From Selaginella moellendorffii (taxonomy: Eukaryota; Plantae; Lycopodiophyta): a DNA stretch of 64,000 nt. The stretch is taken from assembly GCF_000143415.4 (NCBI RefSeq), contig NW_003314420.1, forward strand, positions 107,569 to 171,568. The letters are read 5' to 3'. Below, in pieces: positions 40,001-51,000 of this stretch. The position numbers were made by a program, and so were the translations under genes. The notes under the pieces were generated by a model. It saw only the letters and a program-made list of their open reading frames with translations, was not told the origin of the DNA and searched no databases. Position 1 is the first letter of the stretch. Every line of letters begins with the position of its first letter.

Positions 40001-40936
40001 GCATTTTCAATGTTTTCAATTATGGTTTTTGATTTTCGCAGGACCAGCCTAGTAATCTATTTGCATCCCGTCATGTTTATAGCTAGCTTTCGTTTGTCCC
40101 CTTCGCTAGCCTGAGATACATCTGCTTGGCATCTACCTCTTACAGCATTTGCCCAGAAAGGGCATCTTTCTTCATGCAGCATTTGCCACATGTTTAGGGT
40201 TTAGGGTTTAGCAATTCAGTAGCTTTATAAACATGCAAATACAGAACTTGATGCAAAATCCTTTGATATGTCACAATGCCCTTAGGACCATAAACACATT
40301 TCAATAGAGAGGGTCCTTTCATTTCATAACTCCTTACATAGATCTTGGTAAAACTAGAGTTAGTGAAGTTGGTTTCTTGTGATCCCGCATCTGATTGTGA
40401 TGTCCCTTTGCAGTGTCGATGGAAAGGTCAGTGCACACCAAACTGTAGAATCTTGGAGCAAAATAACGGTCGGATCTATGGCAAATGCCCCTGAAACACT
40501 GTAAGGCTCGTGTGGTCTCATGTGGTGTTTGATCGAGATGCTTCTTTGCAGGGTCATCAAGAAGGACATTGCATACCATTCTTTATTTAGCTAAACATCT
40601 GGCATTTTTGGAAATACAAGATGCTTTGGAATATCCAATCATGCATGGTATAAAAGTAAAGATTGAATGGGGACTTGGGCTCCACCTAGACTCGGAGCAA
40701 CTGAGCCAATATTAAAAGGATGGAAAGAAATTGGACGATGATGACAAAGAGAAGAGAGAGGTGAAGCAGTGGCAGGGGGAGGAGAAGTGATTGAGTAGAC
40801 ATTTCCTTGTTTAAAATAAAATGGCATGTGCCTCAATGCAGTTGAATTTTGTTATATTTATATACTATATAAAGGTTTGGAAACCTTATTTTACAAGTGG
40901 GATAATGACAATTCCCACTTTAATGAAATAGAGCTT
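34057..40936 (-). mobile_element. Sola-like (DUF7869-type) cut-and-paste DNA transposon, 6.9 kb
   Basis: 24-bp TIRs AAGCTCTATTTC(G/A)TTAAAGTGGGA (34057-34080, 40913-40936), GATC on both sides, empty site seen in the sibling copy at ~12036. Confidence 0.88.
35688..38756 (-). pseudogene. ~1000-aa DDD transposase broken by a few stops
   Basis: CCKRRCC, VCMKAWRIIYG, FSKCDEC..H, IIHDKMDQKKTCLP, LQTNNAGSENKN (the expected Asp appears as Asn), FLMVGHTHEDVDAMFS, C-terminal WVG..VEWF domain. Confidence 0.8.
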
Positions 40937-43900
40937 GATCCATCTTTCTTTTTCACAAATAACACTGGTGCCCCATATAGTGACTTGCTCAACCTAACAT
41001 ACCCTTTTTCCACCAACTCTTTTAGTTGGCGCTTGAGCTCCTCGAGTTCTCTTTCATTCAAACAATAGGGTGGACAAACCACTGCTTTAGCACCATCGAC
41101 TAGCTCAATCTTATCTTCTATCGGTCGTGCGAGGGGCAACCCCACCAGTAGCTCCTCGGGCATGGTATCTTTGAATTGGTCTAGCACTCGTTAAATCACT
41201 AAAGGTACTTATTCCATTCCCGTCTTTTTGTCACTCTTCGCCGAGGGTAAGCATAAAAATGTTGCCTTGGTTCCTTTAGTGAGTTGTCCTCTTGTGGACA
41301 CTAGGTTTAAGTAGGAGTCTTTGGCTTTACATTGCCCTACCTTCAGATTTTGGGCCTCCCCCCTAGATCATTTTCCCTGAGCATTCGCTAGTACCACAAG
41401 GTTCCTACCTTGTCCATGTAGGGCTATTATGAACCAATTGAACCAATCCATCCTGAAGATTACATCAAACCCCACGATGTCCAAAATGGTGAAATCCATG
41501 TCTACTTTCCATGTCCCTACTTCAACTCTCGCTCGTCAAAGTACCTCATCAGTGCTTTGGCTACTTTGAACAAATTTTATAGTCCTTGGTTCACCTAGTC
41601 GCTACATCGTTAGTTTGGTTTGCCGAACTATGTCTACAGCCACAAAATTATTCAAAGCACCCGTATCAATAAGGATCTTAACAAAGCTACCTCCGAGCTT
41701 CCCTTAGAGGGTTAGTAGATGTCATGAATGACTCTCTACCAAAGTTGCTTCTGTAATGAGTAACTTTGAGCTAGGGACTAGATTACGTACCTCAGTTTAG
41801 ATTTCACCCGACTTAATGGCCATATTGGCTCTAGCCTTTTTTGGGTAGGGACATTCTCTCGAAAAGTGTCCCGCTTCACCGCAATTGAAGCATATGTTGT
41901 TTCCCACACTACTATCTGACTTGACTACTAGCTACGGAAAGGCAAATCCGGTGGCCAGCGAGCGAGTACGTGGGGGAGTCAAGCGAAAAGAGACAAACCC
42001 ACGGATAAGAAGGTCAAGTCGTATAGTAGCGTGGGAAACAACATATGCTACAACTGCGGTGAAGTGGGACACTTTTCAAGCGAATGTCCCTACCCGAAGA
42101 AGGTCAGAGTCAATATGGCCATCAAGTCGGGTGAAGTCTGAACTGAGGTATGTGATCCAGTCCCTAACTCAAAGTTACTCATTACACAAGCAACTTTGGT
42201 AGAGAGTCGTTCGCGACATCTACTAGCCCTCCAGGGGAAGCTCGGAGGTAGCTTTGTTAAGATCCTTATTGACACGGGTGCTTCGGATAATTTTGTGGCT
42301 GCAAACATAGTTCGGCAAGCCGGACTAACGGTGCAGCGGCTAGGTGAACCAAGGACTATAGAGTTTGTTCAAGGTAGCCAAAGCACCCATGAGGTACTTT
42401 GACAAGCGAGAGTCGAAGTGGGGACTTGGAAGGTGGACATAGATTTCACCGTGTTGGATATGGCGGGATTTGACGTGATCTTCGGAATGGATTGGTTCAA
42501 TCAGTTCGTGGTAACCCTGCATGGACAAAGTAGAAACATTGTGGTACTGGCGAATGCCCAAGGAAGAAGATCTAGGGTGGAGGCCCAAGATCTAAAGGTA
42601 GGGCAAAGCAAGGCCAAAGATTCCTGCTTAAACCTGGTGTCCACGAGAGGACAACTCATTAAAGGAACCAAGGCAGCATTTTTGTGCTTACTCTCGGTGA
42701 AGAGTGACAAAAAGACAGGAATAAAAGAAGGGCCTTTAGTGATCCAACGGGTGTTGGACCAATTCCAGGATACCATGCCGGAGGAGCTACCGGCGGGGTT
42801 GCCCCCCGCCCGACCGATAGAACATAAGATTGAGCTAGTCGATGGTGGTAAGGCAATGGTTTGTCCACCCTATTGTTTGAACGAAAGAAAACTCGAGGAG
42901 CTCAAGCGCCAACTAAAAGAGTTGGTGGACAAAGGGTATGTTAGGTTGAGCAAGTCGCCGTATGGGGCGCCGGTGCTATTTGTGAAAATAAAAGATGGAT
43001 CTATGCGCATGTGCATAGACTACCGGTTGCTTAACAAGTATACAAAGAAGAACAAGTACCCTTTGCCAAGGAATGAGGACCTGTTCGATAGGTTGGGAAA
43101 GGCAAAATACTTCTCGAGGATTGACCTAAGGTTAGGATACTACCAGATTAGGGTAGCCAAGGAAGATGTCGAGAAGACAACCTGTCGAATGAGGTATGGG
43201 AGCTTTGAGTTTCTGGTGATGCCCTTCGGGATATGATGTAATGCGCCGGCAACGTTTTCGGCGCTGATGAACCACGTCTTTGTACCCTATCTAGATCACT
43301 TTGTGGTCGTCTATATCGACGACATCCTGATCTATAGCGAGACACTAGAGGAGCATGCCGAACACTTGGCGAAGGTGTTTGAGAAACTAAGGGAACACAA
43401 ACTGTATGCTAAAGAGAGCAAATGTGACTTTGTTCAACAAGAGTTAAAGTTTCTCGGGCATGTGGTGGGCCAGGACGGGCTCAAGGTGGACCTAGAGAAG
43501 GTCCAAGCGATCCAGGAATGAGAGCAACCATCGAATGTACATGAGTTGAGGGCATTCTTGGGGCTATGCAACTACTACCGAAAGTTTATCAGACATTATT
43601 CAAGAGTAGGGAAGCTTGGGAAGCCTGGGAAGAGCAACATCATGGCAGATGCACTAAGTCGAAAAGCGAGCTTGAAGTTGGCGATATCCAGTGCAACAGC
43701 AACCTTTTGGGATGATGTGCGGACAGCATATAAGAATGATGGTCTAGCACAAGAAGTGTTGCTAAGGAATCTAGAGGCACGAGAAGCTCACTAGAGAGGT
43801 GAGCTGCCAATGAAAGAGAAAACGGGCTATGCAAAACGCAACGGAATCATCTATTACAAGCAAACGAGGGTGTATGTTCCAGAAGGGGAACTAAGGAAGG

Positions 43901-44404
43901 TAGCCTTAGAAGAGTGTCATGATGGACCTCTTGCGGGACACGGTGGAGTGTCCAAGATGATGGGCTTACTCAAGAGGAAGTATCACTTGCCAGATATAGC
44001 TAAGGATGTCCAAGACTATATAAAGACATGCCCAACATGTCAGCAGGTCAAAGCCGTGACTAAGGCCAGTGGGGGCTTGTTGCAAAGCATCCCAATTCCA
44101 GATCGTCCATGGAAATGTCTTACGATGGACTTCATCACGGGACTCCCCCCAAGCGAGGGGTTTGATGCGATATTCATGGTGGTGGACCGATTTTTGAAGA
44201 TGGCACATTTCATACCCACCACAACGGAAGTGGATGCGAAAGGTGTAGCAAAGCTGTTCTTCGAACAAGTGGTTCGAGTGCGGGGAAGTCCAAAAGAGAT
44301 TATCTCAGATCAAGATAAGATCTTCACTAGTAGGTTCTGGAGAACTCTCCTAGAATAGTATCGCACCAAGTTGAAATTCAGCACAGCCTACCACCCACAG
44401 ATAG

Positions 44405-44451
44405 GTATGGGGTATTAAGTCAAGTTTGATGGCACTAACACTTCTTGACAG
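44405..44451 (+). other. Predicted 47-bp integrase intron (copy A2)
   Basis: GTATGG..CACTAAC..TTGACAG; same position and phase as copy 1. Confidence 0.85.
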
Positions 44452-44869
44452 ACGGACAAACGGAAAGGGTGAATAGGCAGCTAGAGGATTATTTGTGATG
44501 CTATGTCTTGGGAGACCAGACCGATTGGGTAAGTCATTTGGGATTTGCGGAAATGTGTTATAACAACTCACCACATTCGAGTATCGGGGTGAGTCCATGG
44601 GAAGTCATCAATGGGCGAGCTATTGAAGGTCCTGTGGAACTCGGCGTGGCCGAGTATCATGGAGAGTTACCCGTAGTGGAAGCATTCACGGTGGAAAGAC
44701 TCAACATCTGAAATCTAGTGAGGGATTCCTTAGAACAAGCTCAACAAAGGCAAACCAAGTACGCGAACCAGAAGCGTCAGGATGTAGAGTTCCAAGCTGG
44801 GGAGAAGGTGTGGTTGAACACCAAGAACCTCAGGCTACCAAGTGGGATCAGCTAGAAGTTGACCCAAAG

Positions 44870-44921
44870 GTAAAAATGCAGGTATTCCTGTAAATGAAGT
44901 GATCTTCAGTTCCTTAAGCAG
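44870..44921 (+). other. Predicted 52-bp integrase intron (copy A2)
   Basis: GTAAAA..TTCCTTAAGCAG; same position and phase as copy 1. Confidence 0.85.
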
Positions 44922-45024
44922 GTTCGTGGGGCCTTACGAGATTGAGTCACGAATCGGTAAAGTGGCTTACCGTCTCCGACTTCCTCGAGAGATGGGGAAG
45001 ATGCACCCAGTATTCCACGTGAAC

Positions 45025-48000
45025 TCTAAGAGGTTTAGCGAGAACTAAACCAATAAAAGGAGAGAACCACTATATGTGGTCCAATCAGTCTCTAAGTTGG
45101 AGAGACTACCCTCCTTAGAGGATATGCAAAAAGGCATGGTGAGCCTTCAATGCCCAACCATTGACGAATATGGAGAAGGCATGGTGAGCCTTCAATGTCA
45201 CACCATTGACAAATATTGGCTACGTACCAAGGATGGAAATGGTAACACATGCGGGTGTTACTTTATAAAATGGTTCACCGTTCGATGAGGACATCGAACT
45301 TCGTCCGCGACTAAATTTTTCATTCTACTTTAGTCACTTAACCACACCTCTGACCACTTGGAGGAGTCTCATTCACAACCTCCATAAGTCCAATCCAGGA
45401 CTTGGGACTTGCTAGCCCCGAGAATGGCATCCATGCCACTCAACATTTGCACTTGGTCCAAGTGCTCCACGTGTCCGATCCCGTGACCGACACTCAAAGG
45501 TACCACCGACATAGCAGCCCGTTACGCTAAGGCCATGCCCAATCACCTTTGCCACACTGGTAGTCCAACACCACTTGCATCACCGTCTTGGCTCTCCAAG
45601 ACTAGGGAAACCATCCGTGAGTGGTCATCTCAGATCCACTCCTTAGCATCCCTAGGATGCCCACCGACAAGGGGAATAGCCTTCCCCAATATCCCTCTGT
45701 CAGTCCCCACTAAGTCCCTTTCTGCCCCTGGCCGTGTTTGCCAACACTGACTGCCACTGGACCGAGACCCACAGGCCCGACCACTAAGTCCCACAGTCCT
45801 CTGGGACTTCCTCCCCACACGACTGTGTTCTTGGTCACTACCCCAGAGGACTGCTCCTCTTCCTTTCCACAGTCTGGGCCTTTGGGACAACATTTCGGAA
45901 CACCGTGACCTTACGCGAGCCACCTGGGTACTCTCCCCGCCTTTTGCCTTTAGGTGCTCTAGCCATGGGCTTAGAGCGAGGTTCCGTTGTGCCACGCCTG
46001 GTATCCAAGTAGGTAGTGCCACCCACACTTGGACTGGGAGCATCGGCCAGTCGATCTCCCGGGGGAACTAGAGCTGGCTCTTGAACACTTCACCAAGCTA
46101 CCCCGCTTGTCGGTCCATGTTCACTCTAGTCTTGGACTTCCCAGTGGGCAGCTCATCACCCAACATTGGGTCCGGCCTTCCTGGGCCAAACTGGCCTTTC
46201 CTGGCCAAACTGGCTCCACTGCAGTCCTCCCCCTACTATACTTTTGGAGCTCACCAAACCCCCCAGGGTCTGGGAGACGAACGCTTTGGGCTTTCACCCT
46301 CTCAGGCTCCGGACTCGGACTCAGACTCGGTCTGGGTCTCGGTCCCGGACTCGGTCTCGGTCTCGACCTCGGACTCCATCTCGGACTCCATCTCGGACTC
46401 CATCTCGTTCCTCAAGCACTTCGTTGTCCGAGGTGGACCCGAGTTGGAGTCTGAAGTGGAGTCCGAGATGGACCCGAGATGGACCCGAAATGGAGTCCGA
46501 GATGGAGTCTGAGATGGACCCGAGATGGACCCGAGATGGAGTCCGAGATGGAGTCCGAGATGGAGTCCGAGATGGAGTCCGAGATGGACCCGAAATGGAG
46601 TCCGAGATGAAGTCCGAGATGGACCCGAAATGGAGTCCGAGATGGAGTCCGAGATGGACCCGAGATGGAGTCCGAGATGGAGTCCGAGATGGACCCGAGA
46701 TGGACCCGAGATGGAGTCCGAGATGGAGTCCGAGATGGAGTCCGAGATGGAGTCCGAAGTCGAGACCGAGACCGGGACCGAGACCGAGACCGAGACCGAG
46801 ACCGACACCGAGATCGGGACCGAGACCGAGACCGAGGCCGAGGCCGAGACCGAGCCCGAGCCCAAGTCCGAATCCGAATCCGAATCCGAGTCCGAGTCCG
46901 AGTCCGAGTCCGGAGCCTGAGAGGGTGAAAGCCCAAAGCGTTCGTCTCCCAGACCCTGGGGGGTTTGGTGAGCTCCAAAAGTATAGTAGGGGGAGGACTG
47001 CAGTGGAGCCAGTTTGGCCAGGAAAGGCCAGTTTGGCCCAGGAAGGCCAGACCCAGTGTTGGGTGATGAACTGACCACTGGGAAGTCCAAGACTAGAGTG
47101 AATACGGACCGACAAGCGGGGTAGCTTGGTGAAGTGTTCAAGAGCCGGCTCTAGTTTCCCTGGGAGATCGACTGGCCGATGCTCCCAGTCCAAGTGTGGG
47201 TGGCACTACCTACTTGGATACCAGGCGTGGCTCAACGGAACCTTGCTCTAAGCCCATGGCTGGAGCACCTAAAGGCGAAAGGTGGGGAGAGTACCCAGGT
47301 GGCTCGCGTAAGGCCACGGTGTTCCGAAATGTTGTCCCAAAGGCCCAAACTGTGGAAAGGAAGAGGAGCAGTCCTCTGGGGTAGTGACCAAGGACACAGT
47401 CGTGTGGGGAGGAAGTCCCAGAGGACCATGGGACTTAGTGGTCGGGCCTGTTGGCCTCGACCCAGTGGCAGTGTTAGCAAACACGGCCAGGGGCAGGAAG
47501 GGACTTGGCAGGAACTGACAAAGGGACTTTGGGGAAGGCGATTCCCCACGTCTGTGGGCATCCTAAGGATGCTAAGGTGTGGATCTAAGATGACCACTCG
47601 TGGACAGATGGCCAAGTCTTGGAGAGACGGGATGGTGATACAAGTGGTATTAGACCACTAGTGCAGCAAAGGTGAATGGGCATGGCCTTAGCGTAACGGG
47701 CCGAGACGTCAGTGGAACCTTTGGGTGTCGGTCTTGGGACCGGACATGTGGAGCACTTGGACCAAGTGCAAGTGTTGAGTGGCATCTTGGGGCTAGCAAG
47801 TCCCAAGTCCTAAATTGGACTGATGGAGGTTGTGAATGAGACTCCTCGAAGTGGTCGGAGGTGTGGTTAAGTGACTAAAGTAGAATGGAAAAATTAGTCG
47901 CTTACAACTTGGTATCGGAGCTGTTCCTTAGTCTGACTTTTATTGGTGCTCAAGTATATCACCACTAGCGTTGGCATCGGAAGGTCTGAGGAGTGGGCCT

Positions 48001-51000
48001 ATCCTTGAGGAGTAGCAAGTCGGGAAGACATGGCTCTCCATTACTGTTCATGTGTGAACTTGTAGACGAGGTGGTGGATAGAAAAGGGCCAATAATGGAA
48101 CGACTTTGGGATCTTGGGAATAGTGCAAGGTTTTCCTCATTGAGTTGAGGATGTGATCCAGATGAGCATTTGTCTCAGCAAATTGGCTAAGGTTGTTGTG
48201 GTAAACAACTAAAGTTGGGATCACGGGAAAGATAGAGACTCCAAAACAATAAAGGAGTCACAAGATTATCCTCATATAGTTGAAGTTGGTGCTCATGAAT
48301 GTGAGACCAAAGGTAATGACCGTGGAAGGTCAAATACGGAAGAGGACTCAAGTCCTTGAAATGGTAGCCGGGGTTACCTTTAATAAATGCTGGAACAACC
48401 CAAGGAGTTGGGGGGTGTACTTAGAGATGAGTGGTATTCTCATCACATGGACAAGTAGTCCTAAGGGGCAAAAGTTGCCCCCAGAGAACAAAATCAAGTG
48501 TCGGAGTAACACTTGTGAAAATAGTCCTTTTGAGTAGGACAGGAATGCAAGAAGTGTATTCCAGTGAGCTAGTGCCTCACAAGTAGGACCTTACGGGTCT
48601 ATGGATTAACCAAGTCCAAAACTGCTGGATGACTCAAGTAGAGTCAAGGGATGGTCCTAAAAGGACTGATAGAAGCATTTGGACTGAGGTGTGTTGTACC
48701 CCACAAAGGATGGGGGGGGATCATAGGATCCAAGGATGAGAACAGAGGGTATCTCATCGATGGCAAAATGTGCCATGCAAAAATTATGGAAAAGGTGTTC
48801 CCAGAAGAAAACAACTTTGACATAAAGTTGTGTGTGACCTCTATGGTGCAGTGCTAACGGATGGTTGGCATGAGAAAGAGCGGTGTTGGTCTTGGCAAAG
48901 ACTTAGACACGAAAGGGAAATGTCATAGAGGTAGGCTCGTGGAGCCGATGGTGTGGAGACACCAAATGTGCCAAGGTGTGATACCTTGAGGCTATGTTGA
49001 TGGGTTCATGAGAACCCCTTGCCAAAGGAATCCCAATGGAAATGGGAATGGCATAGCCTAAGTTGCAGAGTATGCAGTTGGAGTGTGGTGACCCAGATAA
49101 TGATGGAGGTGTGAAAGCACCAAGCAATGAGTTGTAGGACTTGACAACTATGAGGCAACTAAGCAAGAGGTGCAAAATAACTGGTTGAACGGGTAGAAGG
49201 TAGCTACCCAAGACTACTAAGTCCCACAGTCCTCTGGGACTTCCTCACCACACGACTGTGTCCTTGGTCACTACCCCAGAGGCCTGCTCCTCTTCCTTTC
49301 CACAGTCTGGGCCTTTGGGACAACATTTCGGAACACCGTGGCCTTACACGAGCCACCTGGGTACTCTCCTCGCCTTCTGCCCTTGGGTGCTCTAGCCATG
49401 GGCTTAGAGCGGGTTCCGTTGAGCCACACCAGGTATCCAAGTAGGTAGTGCCACCCACACTTGGATTGGGAGCATCGGCTAGTCGATCTCCCGGGGGAAC
49501 TAGAGCCGGCTCTTGAACACTTCACCAAGCTACCCCACTTGTCAGTCCGTGTTCACTCTAGTCTTGGACTTCCCAGTGGGCAGCTCATCACCCAACACTG
49601 GGTCCGGCCTTCCTGGGCCAAACTGGCCTTTCTTGGCCAAACTGGCTCCACTGCAGTCCTCCCCCTACTATACTTTTGGAGCTCACCAAACCCCCCAGGG
49701 TCTGGGAGACGAACGCTTTGGGCTTTCACCCTCTCGGACTCGAACTCGGACTCGGACTTGGACTCGGACTCGGACTCGGACTCGGACTCGGACTCGGACT
49801 CGGCCTCGGCCTCGGCCTCGGTCTCGTTCTCAGTCCCGATCTCGGTCTCGGTCTCGGTCTCGGTCTCGACTTCGGACTCCATCTCGGACTCCATCTCGGA
49901 CTCCATCTCAGACTCCATCTCGGGTCCATCTCGGACTCCATCTCGGGTCCATCTCGGACTCCATTTCGGGTCCATCTCGGAGTCCATCTCGGGTCCATCT
50001 CGGACTCCATTTTGGGTCCATCTCGGGTCCACCTCGGACTCCATCTCGGACTCCATTTCAGGTCCATCTCGGGTCCACCTCGGACTCCATCTCGGGTCCA
50101 TCTCGGACTCCACTTCGGACTCCAACTCGGGTCCATCTCGGACTCCACTTCGGACTCCAACTCGGGTCCATCTCGGACTCCACTTCGGACTCCAACTCGA
50201 GTCCATCTCAGACTCCACTTCGGACTCTAACTCGAGTCCATCTCAGACACTTCCACGTGTCATGTGTTGGTCCTTTTGGGTCCCTTTTTGGAGCCTCGCT
50301 TTTTGCTCGCTCCGTGCTCGTTCCTTGAGCACTTCTTTTGGGAGTTCCACTCCCACTCTTGACTTTTCAAGTCGGAGCTTTTGGTCGAAACGTGTTACGC
50401 TCGTTTGGCTCTCGCTTCAGCCACTACCACGTGGCACCCTTTCCGGCTCCACTTTGGGGCCTAGGGATTTTGTGTCTCACAACTCCACCACCCATGGACG
50501 AAGTTCGATGTCCTCATCGAACGGTAAACCCTTTCATAAAGTAACACCCACACGTGTTACCATTTCCATCCTTGGCACCTAGCCAATCTTTGTCTATGGT
50601 TTGACACCAAAGGCTCACCATGCCTTGTCCATCCTTTAAGGAGCGTAGTCTCTCCAACTTAGAGACTAATTGGACCACATGTAATGGTTCTCTCCTTTTA
50701 TTGGTTTAGTTCTCGTTAAACCTCTTAGAGACCCTTCTCTAAGTCAATCCCACTACTCCTTCTCGAGTAGTCTCAATTTCCATCGATATAACCTTTGCAC
50801 TTTGGAACTTTGAATTTTGACTTCTTGGAGTCAATTTCCTAGGTGTCTCCAACACCTTGCCTTGCACCTTTTGTGCAACTCCACTTCCCATCCTAGGAAG
50901 TTCTCTACTCGAGGGCACCATCATCCTCTCTTTTATTTCGTGCCAAAGTTCCAGTTATCATACTTTGTGCTAGGGCTGTTCATGGCCCTATCATTTGGCT

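Larger units (their letters stand above)
32770..41925 (-). mobile_element. Family A gag-pol relic (copy A1) split by a DNA transposon in RT
   Basis: RT/RNase H/IN-start 32770-34056 and gag end/PR/RT-start 40937-41925; contiguous across the GATC target in the KKDGS(M) codons. Confidence 0.88.

Noticed and set aside
46166-47193. Long SD-, RS- and GL-repeat ORFs (also 49461-50582) resembling Sdr adhesins or SR proteins
   Set aside because: By-product of a stop-poor hexamer array inside LTRs; open on both strands and in several frames.
45307-47906. Large inverted repeat as a whole-genome-amplification foldback chimera
   Set aside because: The arms differ at many positions, so they are distinct LTR copies; long-read confirmation is still advisable.
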